21,529 nt of DNA from a bacterium (GCA_013360215.1 JABWCP010000012.1:62001-83529); one strand, 5' to 3'. Positions 6,876 to 16,096 are shown, counted from the stretch's first letter. A program made the numbers and translations. The notes: generated by a model not told the origin, from the letters alone.

Positions 6876-8654
6876 CTAAGTAAAGCTTTCCATTCCAAGA
6901 TCCATGGCTTCTTCGATCGCAAAAGTCGGCGGTGGAAGTTGGCGTATCATGGTTTCTTGCAGCATCAGCGCTTTGATTTGATTGGAAACGCGCGACGACT
7001 GGTGATCACTGAGCGCATACAGGAAAAGCTCTAACGCACGGCTAGCATTCTTTTTGATTTTTACTACGTCTTTATCGTTGATCGTCATGAGTTCCTGGAT
7101 TTCGGCATTGCCCGCAAAATTGGCTAATATTCGATCCGGATTGCTGACCATAGCTTGTGCCTTTTTATATACGATCTTGGCTACTTCGAGGTATTGTCCC
7201 AATAATTGATCATCTTCCGTACGCCCCAAAAGATCAACACCGACTTTGAGGGAATACATACGATCTAGAAATTCACGTATCAATGCGCCGCGAATCAACG
7301 ATCCGTGTTGCGGAGCGATCATCACCGGCCCCGGATCAAGCTTACGTATCTGATCAATGGCAAATTGAATCGCTTTATTGGCCGGCATGTAGAGTTCGTG
7401 GAATGCGCGCATTCCGTCCCAATGGCTTTCATCGGCCCACAAACCGTAATTGTCCGTACCGGTAAGTCCTCCGAATAAATCACCGGAGAAAAGAATGCGG
7501 GATTCGATATCGTACACCATTACGGCACCGCGAAAATGACAATACGGCGTAGGAATAAATTGTAACGTATGCCCGGTCGGAAGATTGGTCTGCCAGTTGG
7601 TCAATTTATCGGTAAGAATCAAACGTTCTTTATTAATACCAAAGCTGGACACGAGCCGCCACGTGTCTTCCGATGTAAGGCAAATAGCTTTAGGGTTGGC
7701 CGACTTGAGGAAAAACGTATTGGAAGCTACATCGGGATCCTGATGATTGAGGCTGTATAAATTGACCTTGGACACATCACCGATCACTTCGCCGATTTTT
7801 CCGGAAATCGTCGTATAGTCAATCGTCGGTCCGGGATCAACCAAAAAATTGACCTTATTGTTATACACGCGCAAAAAAGGATTAATCTGAAGAATACGCG
7901 ATTCTTTTCTGTCGCCGACAAAATAAATATCTTCGGCAATCGCTATAGGTTTAGAAAAATCCTCACTTTTCATCGCGTTTCCTTCCTTCGTTGAGTGCAC
8001 CGATACCGGCATTTTGTTTTCGCTTTCGGTTAATTCAGAGGGGCGCCGTGCGAGATAATATGAACCGCTGCTCCACTGCAGCATCGTCTCCAGCGCTTCC
8101 GAGTCTTTTAATTCACCGCATACGATCGTTTCGCATACACCGCGATTAAACTCGATCGAGCCGACACCATGATCGCTCTGGATAGTTAAAATTCCGTGAA
8201 CCCCTTCTTTTTCCGCCGACGCGATGAGTTCTTCGATTTTTCCGAGCACGAGCGAACCGCTTCGCAGAATACCGCTGGACCGTTGGGCGTCCACAAATCG
8301 AAACAATGCCTGAATTTTCAAAAACAACAAATTCAGATTGATCGGTTTTGGTAAAAAATCAATGGCTCCCATTTGAATGGCTTTGGCCGTCAATGACGGA
8401 TCTTTGTCGCCCGACATCAGCAGAAACGGTATGGACGCAAGACGCGGTTGTCTGCGAACGGCTTCGATAAAACCGAATCCGTCCAGTTCCGGCATCATAA
8501 TGTCCGATATGATCAAATCCGGTGATTGACCGGCCAGGATTGTAAGTGCCGCTTTGCCGTTTAACGCTGTCACTACCGAATAACCGGATTGCCCCAAAGC
8601 CAAACTTAAAGCGTCTACGGAAGTTCTTTCATCGTCCACAATCAATATCGTCAT
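6876..8654 (-). CDS. Multidomain signalling protein: receiver (REC) + DUF4388/PatA-N-like domain + ODP-type di-iron metallo-beta-lactamase-fold domain + helical tail
   Basis: REC: ILIVDDE, DLIISDIMMPELDG, LMSG, DFLPKP. DUF4388-like: GSL...GILTI...GSIEFNRG...EAL--MLQW--G-Y. ODP/FprA-like core: LVDPG, NHQDPDV, PYCHFRGA, ILFSGDLFGG, FHELYMP, IAPQHG. No flavodoxin or DNA-binding domain seen. Confidence 0.85.
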   Translation of the reverse strand: MTILIVDDERTSVDALSLALGQSGYSVVTALNGKAALTILAGQSPDLIISDIMMPELDGFGFIEAVRRQPRLASIPFLLMSGDKDPSLTAKAIQMGAIDFLPKPINLNLLFLKIQALFRFVDAQRSSGILRSGSLVLGKIEELIASAEKEGVHGILTIQSDHGVGSIEFNRGVCETIVCGELKDSEALETMLQWSSGSYYLARRPSELTESENKMPVSVHSTKEGNAMKSEDFSKPIAIAEDIYFVGDRKESRILQINPFLRVYNNKVNFLVDPGPTIDYTTISGKIGEVIGDVSKVNLYSLNHQDPDVASNTFFLKSANPKAICLTSEDTWRLVSSFGINKERLILTDKLTNWQTNLPTGHTLQFIPTPYCHFRGAVMVYDIESRILFSGDLFGGLTGTDNYGLWADESHWDGMRAFHELYMPANKAIQFAIDQIRKLDPGPVMIAPQHGSLIRGALIREFLDRMYSLKVGVDLLGRTEDDQLLGQYLEVAKIVYKKAQAMVSNPDRILANFAGNAEIQELMTINDKDVVKIKKNASRALELFLYALSDHQSSRVSNQIKALMLQETMIRQLPPPTFAIEEAMDLGMESFT

Positions 8655-8683
8655 TTAAAAAAACCTTTCCGTTAATATGAAAA

Positions 8684-11600
8684 TTAGGACTGCTCACCGG
8701 AACGTAACGGTGCGAGTACATCGTTCAACGTTTGAAGTATTTTTTCAGCGCGGTATGGTTTCATCAAAAAGGCCTGCACTTTGAATCCGTTTTTCTGAAT
8801 GGATTTTTCATTTTCCGGAAGACCGCTCATGGCGATGATGGGGATATCTTCACGAATACTGCGCAACATGCGAATAAACGCATGACCGTCCATGTGTGGC
8901 ATGCTTATATCGGTTATCACGGCACGAATGGATGCCATTTGGGCGGCGAATACCGTCATCGCTTTTCCGCCGTCCTCGGCTTCGACTATTTGGTATCCGT
9001 GATGCGTCAGGATCGTCCCCAATATTTTGCGTATGGCCGGCTCATCATCTACGATCAGGATCAATTCACCACGACCCCATAACGATTCCGGAACACGAGA
9101 TTCAACCGATTCCGTGTGGAAACCGGCGCTGGCGGGGATGTAAATTTTAAACTGTGTGCCTTTACCGACCTCACTATACACGCTCACAAAGCCGCCATGC
9201 CCTTTGATAATCGCCGCAACCGTGGATAGTCCCAAACCTGTACCGTGTTCGAGGTCCTTGGTTGTAAAAAACGGATCAAAGATATGATCTATGATATCCG
9301 AAGGAATCCCCAGTCCTGTATCCGTAACTGTAAACAGAACGTACGGGCCGGGTTTAGCCTGATGTTCCTTGTAGACATACGCCTCATCAAAAATTACATT
9401 TTCGACGTGGATCGTCAGGTCACCTCCGGAAGGCATGGCATCGCGCGCATTGACACACAGATTGAGAAATACTTGATGAAGCTGCGTGCTATCGGCCGTG
9501 ATCGGATACAGACCTTTGGCTACGTTGCAGGCAATTCTTATGTTTTTAGGAAACGTTGAAACAAGGATACGCTCAATTTCCTCAATCGTTTTTTTGGCAT
9601 CCACGGCATGATGCGCCCCTTCTGCACCGCGCGAAAACATAAGGAGTTTACGCATCAGATCGGCAGCCCGTTCTATATTAGATTCCAGCATGACGATCAG
9701 ACGTTGACTCGTATCATCCGATAATTTGGATTTGAACATTTGAACAGCCATCAAAATCGGCGATAAAATATTATTAAGATCATGCGCGATACCGCTGGCC
9801 ATACGGCCGATGCTTTCCATGCGCTGCGCTCTAAAATACTGTTTCTCAAGTCGTTTACGTTCAGTAACGTCGGTCTCGATATACAAAAATGATTTGACCG
9901 CGCTGTCCGCATCCCGCACAGGACTCTTGCGGCATTCGACGATGACACTTCTTCCGTCCCGCGTATAGTGCTCGATCTCACCGCTCCACGCCTCGTTGCC
10001 GCTGAATAGTGAACGTACCACAGCATCCGTCGCGCGGGTATGCCCGAGAACTTCCGTCGCTTGATGGCCGATGACATTGGTTTTTTCCCAGCCATACAAC
10101 GTTTCGCATTGACTGTTCCAATACACTATCCGCCCATCCGGATCGGTCATAAAAATCGCATCCCGCGCATTATCGAGGATCATCGCTTGCTCTTGGATGA
10201 TCTCGTTGGCTTTTTTATGAAATGTGATATCCCGACCGATCACGACCAATCCCAGCCGTGTTCCGTTCTCTTGCAACAGAGGAATCTTGGTCGTATCATA
10301 ATGCAATAAATCACCGCCGGGTTTTTCGATAATTTCTATGGTTTGATACCGTTGCCCTGTCTGCCAAGCCAACTCATCCGTACCGATGCACCCCTCGTAC
10401 AGCGAACGCAAAGCGGGAAAAGCTTCAGCTAGCTGCCGGTCCGTTTTCCCGTACCAAGGATACGCCGTCAATTCAAAAAGTTTGAGCACGGCGGGATTGG
10501 CGATCAACCATCGCCCGTTCCCGTCTTTGAATAATACGGCATCCGGTATCGCTTCGACTAATGTTTCAAATTCACGCAACGTTTCGCTCAATTTGACTTC
10601 GGCCTGTTCGCGTTCCGACGATAGGCGATGTTTGAGCAGCGCCAATTCGATTTCCCGCGATACGCTGTCGAGAAAATTCAGTTCTTCCTCCTGCCATTGG
10701 CGCGGACGGATCATATCATTGACAACCAAAAGGAAAAAACCATCCTCCCGAAATGAGAACGGATACCAAAGCAAACTCTGTACTTTCATGACACGATGCA
10801 ATATTTCGGCAGATCCTTCCTCGACAAAACATGCGTGCGGTGCATCAACCGTACTCGTGATGCAGGTTCGTGTGCTATGCAGCCGGCTAATACTGGACGC
10901 AAATACGGACGAGGGATACACCTCCTGAGGCGGGGCAAAATCGGAAAAATCCGGGCGAATCCATTTGGCAATAGAAACGGCTTCGCCGGCCGCCATGCGT
11001 ATATCAAATAACAGCGCGCGTTCTATATCAATCGTTTCACCGCAAATGGTCGTCATTTCCCGCAACAACGTATCGGCTGTACCGTCCGAATTCATAATCG
11101 ATGTCGCCATACGATTGAGTGCACGGGCGTAGCGTAGTTGCTCACGGATATGGTTTTCATATTTACGACGGCTTCGGTTATCGCGTCCGATACATACGAT
11201 GACCGGCGTTCCCGATGACACGGCCTTACTTGTGCGCACATCAAAGGGAATCGCTTCACCGTTTAGGTGAATAAAATCCATTTCGCGCGACGCGGCGCCG
11301 TTTTCATGGCCTGTGCCACCGGTGAGGTACGATATCGCGTCATAATCCGCATTACCGGGTAAAATCGAACTGATCATTTTCCCGGCCAATGCGCCTTGCG
11401 CATATCCGAGATTTTGTTCTACGGCCGGATTAGCATAGATGATGTAGCCGTTGTTCTCAAACAACAAAACCATATCCTGGGATGTCTCGGCGAGCGTGCG
11501 GTATTTTTGCTCACTGTGAAGCAACGCTTCCTCGGCGTTATGCCGTTCGGTGACATCTTTAAAATTAACGACGATCGCCTGAACTTCCGGCGCCTGAAGT

Positions 11601-13936
11601 AAATTAGTAAACGTACTTTCGATCCATTTCCATGACCCGTCTTTATGCTTGAAGCGATACATCGCCCGTGCGTCAATATCCGGATTTTCGATCACGGATA
11701 AGATAAGCTGTACGACACGCTCGACATCATCCGGATGGGTCATTGCGGCGGGATCCAGATCGGACAACTCCGACATTTCGTATCCGAACATGCGCGCCGA
11801 AGAAGGACTGATGTATTGAAATTTTCCTTCGACATTGATCAATACCACACCGTCCGGTGCACGTTCGATGAGGGCCTGAAAATGTTTCTCTACGCGACGG
11901 CGCTCCGAAATATCCCTTACTATACCCTGAATACGTCCGTCATCAAGCATTTTGGCGCTGATTTCAACTTCGACATGTGTCCCGTCTTTGCGGACTAAAC
12001 GCCGATGCGATAAAATTGATTGACCCTTTTCCAATTGTCTGATTTTGAGCGGTTGGCGGATTAATTCTTCCGCATCCAACAAACCGTAAAAAGGTTTCTT
12101 CAACAATTCGTTTACAGTATATCCCATTAAACGGCAACCGGCGGGATTGACATCTTCGATTTGTCCGTCACGGGTAGCTACAAAAATACCGTCCGCGGCC
12201 TGATCAATCAACGTACGATACCGCTTTTCACTGGCACGCAACGAATCTTCCGCCGTTTGACGTACCATCTGTGATAACAAACGATCTATCGTCGCCGACA
12301 TATGACTCGCTAAAGTCGTGAGATATTGAAGGGCGGATTCATCCGGCACACGCACCCCTTCATCATCATAGGTTCCCATACCGATGGATGCTAAGCGCCC
12401 TTCGGAAAGATGAACCGGTATATTTACGATCGTACGCACCCCGGTAGATTGTACGATTTTTTTATTGGTTCGTACATCCTCCGCCGCATCGGGAATAACC
12501 ACCGCACCCGCTCCCCGAGCCACTGCACTAAGCATCGCATCATTTTTGATATCAAGGCGTTTAGGTGCAAACGGTCTTGACATGCCGGCCTCGGCCAATA
12601 CTTCTGCTTCAGAGCGATCATTCGAAAAAACGTACACCCATAATCTCTGATATCCCACCAGGCGTTGCACTTCGTTTAATGCTGCCTGAGCCGCTTCATC
12701 GAAACCCGCGACACGCTCCAGCTGACGCGCTAATCGCAAAAGTGATTCCGCCTGTGATTCTTTTTGCCTGAGCGCCAGCTCGGCCAGTTTACGTTCGGTA
12801 ATATCGCGATTGCTTCCCCGAATACCTCGAAAAACGCCGGTGGCGTCGGAAATAGGCTGACAGACATGGCCAATCCATTTGATAGTGCCGTCTTTACAGA
12901 CAATACGAAAATCCAGATTACCCGGTAAACGCCGCTGCTGAATATCTTGCTGGTGAGCTAAAAAAGCCGCGCGGTCTTCGGCATATACGATGCGTTGCAG
13001 AAAATCACGATCCGTCGTAAAAGAAACCGGCGAATATCCCGTGATACGCTCGCACGACGGCGAACTGTAAATGTAGGATCCGTCCGTATCCAGCCAAAAC
13101 TCCCAATCAAATGTATTATCCGCGATGATCTGATATTTGATTTCGTTTTGCTTTAATTGATTTTGTGCTTGCCGCGTTTCGTTTTCCGAACGAATTTTTC
13201 CGCTGATATCTTTCCAAATGCCGATAAAATGCGTTATCTCTCCGTTTTCGTCACGGACCGGAGATATCGTATGCTCGACGGGTATGATGCTGCCGTCTTT
13301 TCGGCGATTATATTGAATATTTCGAAATACGCTCCCCGATAAAATTTTTTCCCACATTCCGGTATAAAAAGCCTGCTCATGGTAACCGGATTTTAATATT
13401 CGCGGATTCTTTCCCAGTACTTCATCACGCCCGTATCCGGAATTTTTTTCAAACCCACCATTCACATAGAGAATATTACCATCTTTATCGGTTATGATAA
13501 CAGCGTCATCCGTTGACTCCACCGCTCTTAAGAATAAATCCGATGCAATGGAATTATCATATTGCTTCGGCCAGTGTGATGTCGGCGATAGAAACGATAG
13601 AACATTTTTTTTAGTAAAAGGAAGAGGGATAACTTCATCCGACTTCAGCACACCCTCTTTCACGAGCCGTTTTCCTTGGGCCGCAGGCAAAGCAAACCCA
13701 ACACGCAAATTCGCCGCGTGCATCATTTTCTTTTTTAAGACAAGCGCAGAAGCTATTCCACGGTAGGTTGTAGTTAGGATGGCCGATGAAGGTCGGATTT
13801 GTGTGACTTTACGCAGCGCATTCCGATCGGTTACAGAGACAACCTCCCGTTGCGTGAGGGCGGCCAAAGCGGACGCCTGCGTCGTGCTGCCCAATAATAA
13901 CACTATTTGCGTATGTGATTTACCCGCTTTATTCAC
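8684..13936 (-). CDS. Soluble hybrid sensor histidine kinase with about 7 PAS and 2 GAF domains, HisKA, HATPase and C-terminal REC
   Basis: Repeated PAS/PAC ends (KDIS, RDITERK, RDISERR, KDVTERH, RDIT, TDVTERK). H-box GIAHDLNNIL, N-box QVFLNLCVNARDAM, G-boxes DTGLGI / FDPFFTTK / GTGLGL. REC ILIVDDE...ITDISMPHMDG...FLMKPY. No transmembrane helix seen. The GTG start is uncertain. Confidence 0.93.
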   Translation of the reverse strand: MNKAGKSHTQIVLLLGSTTQASALAALTQREVVSVTDRNALRKVTQIRPSSAILTTTYRGIASALVLKKKMMHAANLRVGFALPAAQGKRLVKEGVLKSDEVIPLPFTKKNVLSFLSPTSHWPKQYDNSIASDLFLRAVESTDDAVIITDKDGNILYVNGGFEKNSGYGRDEVLGKNPRILKSGYHEQAFYTGMWEKILSGSVFRNIQYNRRKDGSIIPVEHTISPVRDENGEITHFIGIWKDISGKIRSENETRQAQNQLKQNEIKYQIIADNTFDWEFWLDTDGSYIYSSPSCERITGYSPVSFTTDRDFLQRIVYAEDRAAFLAHQQDIQQRRLPGNLDFRIVCKDGTIKWIGHVCQPISDATGVFRGIRGSNRDITERKLAELALRQKESQAESLLRLARQLERVAGFDEAAQAALNEVQRLVGYQRLWVYVFSNDRSEAEVLAEAGMSRPFAPKRLDIKNDAMLSAVARGAGAVVIPDAAEDVRTNKKIVQSTGVRTIVNIPVHLSEGRLASIGMGTYDDEGVRVPDESALQYLTTLASHMSATIDRLLSQMVRQTAEDSLRASEKRYRTLIDQAADGIFVATRDGQIEDVNPAGCRLMGYTVNELLKKPFYGLLDAEELIRQPLKIRQLEKGQSILSHRRLVRKDGTHVEVEISAKMLDDGRIQGIVRDISERRRVEKHFQALIERAPDGVVLINVEGKFQYISPSSARMFGYEMSELSDLDPAAMTHPDDVERVVQLILSVIENPDIDARAMYRFKHKDGSWKWIESTFTNLLQAPEVQAIVVNFKDVTERHNAEEALLHSEQKYRTLAETSQDMVLLFENNGYIIYANPAVEQNLGYAQGALAGKMISSILPGNADYDAISYLTGGTGHENGAASREMDFIHLNGEAIPFDVRTSKAVSSGTPVIVCIGRDNRSRRKYENHIREQLRYARALNRMATSIMNSDGTADTLLREMTTICGETIDIERALLFDIRMAAGEAVSIAKWIRPDFSDFAPPQEVYPSSVFASSISRLHSTRTCITSTVDAPHACFVEEGSAEILHRVMKVQSLLWYPFSFREDGFFLLVVNDMIRPRQWQEEELNFLDSVSREIELALLKHRLSSEREQAEVKLSETLREFETLVEAIPDAVLFKDGNGRWLIANPAVLKLFELTAYPWYGKTDRQLAEAFPALRSLYEGCIGTDELAWQTGQRYQTIEIIEKPGGDLLHYDTTKIPLLQENGTRLGLVVIGRDITFHKKANEIIQEQAMILDNARDAIFMTDPDGRIVYWNSQCETLYGWEKTNVIGHQATEVLGHTRATDAVVRSLFSGNEAWSGEIEHYTRDGRSVIVECRKSPVRDADSAVKSFLYIETDVTERKRLEKQYFRAQRMESIGRMASGIAHDLNNILSPILMAVQMFKSKLSDDTSQRLIVMLESNIERAADLMRKLLMFSRGAEGAHHAVDAKKTIEEIERILVSTFPKNIRIACNVAKGLYPITADSTQLHQVFLNLCVNARDAMPSGGDLTIHVENVIFDEAYVYKEHQAKPGPYVLFTVTDTGLGIPSDIIDHIFDPFFTTKDLEHGTGLGLSTVAAIIKGHGGFVSVYSEVGKGTQFKIYIPASAGFHTESVESRVPESLWGRGELILIVDDEPAIRKILGTILTHHGYQIVEAEDGGKAMTVFAAQMASIRAVITDISMPHMDGHAFIRMLRSIREDIPIIAMSGLPENEKSIQKNGFKVQAFLMKPYRAEKILQTLNDVLAPLRSGEQS

Positions 13937-14019
13937 ACCGCCATACTCTCATTATTATTTAAATTACCACGAGAACCTTATTGAAATTTGGTAAGAATAA
14001 CATATTACGGCAATAATTC

Positions 14020-14037
14020 TCATGATTTTCATCATGA
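14020..14037. promoter_or_regulatory. Candidate Crp/Fnr-family operator upstream of the hybrid kinase
   Basis: Perfect 7-4-7 palindrome TCATGAT-tttc-ATCATGA, containing the TGAT-N4-ATCA core, about 85-100 nt upstream of the kinase start. Confidence 0.4.
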
Positions 14038-14090
14038 TTTAAAAAAATAAATGTAAACAAATTTAAAAAAGGAGGGGAGTTACGAGGGAA

Positions 14091-14132
14091 TAACACGGCG
14101 TTACTTTAAATACTTAAAATCCCGCCGTGTTA
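14091..14132 (-). terminator. Stem-loop downstream of the TolB-like gene; possible terminator or RNA stability element
   Basis: TAACACGGCG (14091-14100) and CGCCGTGTTA (14123-14132) form a 10-bp inverted repeat with an inner TTTAA/TTAAA pair. The U-tract is poor. Confidence 0.35.
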
Positions 14133-14230
14133 CAAAATCCGTTTCACTATCTCTAATAACAGATAACTTTAGAATGCACTTTAAATCAAAATTACCGATT
14201 GCCAATCAGCGATGGAACGCCTTTGCGTTA

Positions 14231-15598
14231 TCAATTGTCCGATGACGATGCAATTCTTTTTTCAAGTATAGCGATCACCGACTGTACCGTAACGGCAGAA
14301 GACTCTTCCGTCGAGGCGATATAAAGCTGGTACTTACCATTGCGGTTCGAGGAAAAAATAATTTTGTTGCCGTCGGGTGAAAATTTAGGATAAACGTCAT
14401 CTCCGTCGTCATTGGTAATACGGGTTTGATCGCGCCCGTCGGCTTGCATACGGTACACTTCGTAATTGCCATCACGATCCGACACAAAAGTTATAAAGTT
14501 ACCGTTTTTGGAAACGGACGGCTGCAGATCGTTCTTCGGATGATTTGTAAGATTGATCGGTTTTTCTTTAGTATCCGTACTGGTCATGTAAAGATCAAAA
14601 TCAGAATCGTCGGCACGCTGTGCAAATACGAATTGGTTCGATACTGCCTTGTACGCAACATCCGTATAATTCATCTTGTCCTGATAAAACATTTTGAAGA
14701 GGAAGCTGCCGTTTCTTTCAATCGTGTAAATGCCCGTATTCTTCTTTGCAAACGGTGTAGACGAAAAATCCGAACGATCACTGGAAAAAGCAATCGTCAC
14801 GGTATCTAAGAAAATCGGACTCCAGTTATCACCACCATAACTTGAGGTCAGTCGAGTAACCCGTTTTCCGGTTTTATCCATGAAGTACAGTTCGCGCGAC
14901 TTATATTCTTTGGTACTTTTATCATCCCGCGTGGAGGCAAACGCGATCCATTTACCATCGGTAGAATAAGCCGGATTTTCATCGGCTTCCAGGTCATCTG
15001 TCAGTTTTTTGACAGAGGACTCTCCCTGATCCGGATTCATCGTGAAGATATCCCAATTACCGCTGCGATCGGATTGAAAAATAATAGATTTTCCGTCCGG
15101 CGCGTAGGACGCCATGACGTCATTAAATTTGTTATTGGTTATCTGTGTAATTTTGAAATTACTGACAAATTTAGGGCCGATACGATCCAAATACGCCTGC
15201 CCTTTGAAATCACGCATCACCAGCAGAAATGCTTCATACGCCGATTTTTTCTTTCCCATTTCCAAAAGCAATTCGCCCTTTTCGTACAAGACATCCATGT
15301 TGGTCGGATCTTTGCGAAGCGACGCATTGATGAATTCGACGGCATAATTGCGGCGACCTATTTTCAGATACTCTTTATAAATATCATACAGTAAAGCGGC
15401 ATTATTGCTGTCGGTGCGCAGCTTGGTAAAAAGCTCCGTCAATTTGGGGGTCAGTGTTTGCGTCGAATCCAGCGGCGTTTCCTGCGGTGTCGCAGCTACA
15501 GCGGAATCCTGAGGCGTTGTTGTAGCGCCATCTTGTGCCCACGCGTTGATCGCATACATCATAACGGCGATAATGAATAACCTATGGCGTAACCGCAT
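14231..15598 (-). CDS. Secreted protein with TPR-like helices and a TolB-like (PD40) beta-propeller
   Basis: Signal peptide ending AWA-QD and a Thr/Pro-rich linker. TPR-like AVEFINASLRKDPTNMDVLYEKGELL. Repeats YAPDGKSIIFQSDRSGNWDIF, PAYSTDGKWIAFAS, FVSDRDGNYEVY and PKFSPDGNKIIFSSNRNG. GGAGG RBS. Confidence 0.85.
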   Translation of the reverse strand: MRLRHRLFIIAVMMYAINAWAQDGATTTPQDSAVAATPQETPLDSTQTLTPKLTELFTKLRTDSNNAALLYDIYKEYLKIGRRNYAVEFINASLRKDPTNMDVLYEKGELLLEMGKKKSAYEAFLLVMRDFKGQAYLDRIGPKFVSNFKITQITNNKFNDVMASYAPDGKSIIFQSDRSGNWDIFTMNPDQGESSVKKLTDDLEADENPAYSTDGKWIAFASTRDDKSTKEYKSRELYFMDKTGKRVTRLTSSYGGDNWSPIFLDTVTIAFSSDRSDFSSTPFAKKNTGIYTIERNGSFLFKMFYQDKMNYTDVAYKAVSNQFVFAQRADDSDFDLYMTSTDTKEKPINLTNHPKNDLQPSVSKNGNFITFVSDRDGNYEVYRMQADGRDQTRITNDDGDDVYPKFSPDGNKIIFSSNRNGKYQLYIASTEESSAVTVQSVIAILEKRIASSSDN

Positions 15599-15715
15599 GA
15601 AAAAAATCCTCCTGGAAATTCGGGAGTTGGTAAACGGATAATCTGTATTATAATTGCCCGCATTTTAGCCAAAAGCCCCTATAAATGCAAGCGGTTTTTC
15701 CCCTGATAACCTCTT

Positions 15716-15754
15716 AAAAATAAAAGGAGCCGAACGTCGTGCGCGGCTCCTTTT
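15716..15754 (-). terminator. Intrinsic terminator of the small acidic ORF (possibly bidirectional)
   Basis: AAAAGGAGCCG (15722-15732) and CGGCTCCTTTT (15744-15754) form an inverted repeat. On the minus strand it is followed by TTTTATTTTT, about 28 nt after the stop codon. Confidence 0.85.
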
Positions 15755-15781
15755 CAAACTTAGATTGTATACCCGAGATTA

Positions 15782-16024
15782 TTATTGCTCAAGTTCCATT
15801 TCATCTTCGCCTTTGAAGTCTTCGATGAAGCGTTCCTGCGCCTCGGTCATATCCGAATTGAACCCGCGAATGATTTCATCGGGCGAAAGATTGAGTTCTT
15901 GCAGGCAGTAGCGGATATAATAATCGTATTCCAGATCCGGATCGTCTTCGATCATGACTTCGGCTTCCGGTTCCGAACAATTATTTTCGCGTGCGACCCA
16001 CTCCGACGCGGTTAATCTCGCCAT
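15782..16024 (-). CDS. Hypothetical 80-aa highly acidic protein
   Basis: AAAGGAG RBS 5 nt before the ATG, tandem TAA TAA stops, its own consensus promoter and terminator. 24 Asp/Glu against 6 Lys/Arg. No family recognised. Confidence 0.85.
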   Translation of the reverse strand: MARLTASEWVARENNCSEPEAEVMIEDDPDLEYDYYIRYCLQELNLSPDEIIRGFNSDMTEAQERFIEDFKGEDEMELEQ

Positions 16025-16096
16025 AACAGCTCCTTTGCGTACGTGTTAAGTGAATATGATAAAATAAATTATTTACACGGTTTTCAAATTCGGCGA

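Noticed and set aside
6876-7973. Calling the MBL-fold domain a beta-lactamase or a flavodiiron NO/O2 reductase
   Set aside because: It lacks HxHxDH and HxExDH, having HQDPDV instead, and there is no flavodoxin domain.
15647-15675. Promoter for the TolB-like gene
   Set aside because: A minus-strand TATAAT is present (15652-15647) but there is no convincing -35 box at 16-18 nt spacing, so it is too weak to list.
15785-16015. Plus-strand 76-aa ORF opposite the acidic orphan
   Set aside because: It has a TTG start and no RBS. The promoter, RBS and terminator all support the minus-strand ORF.
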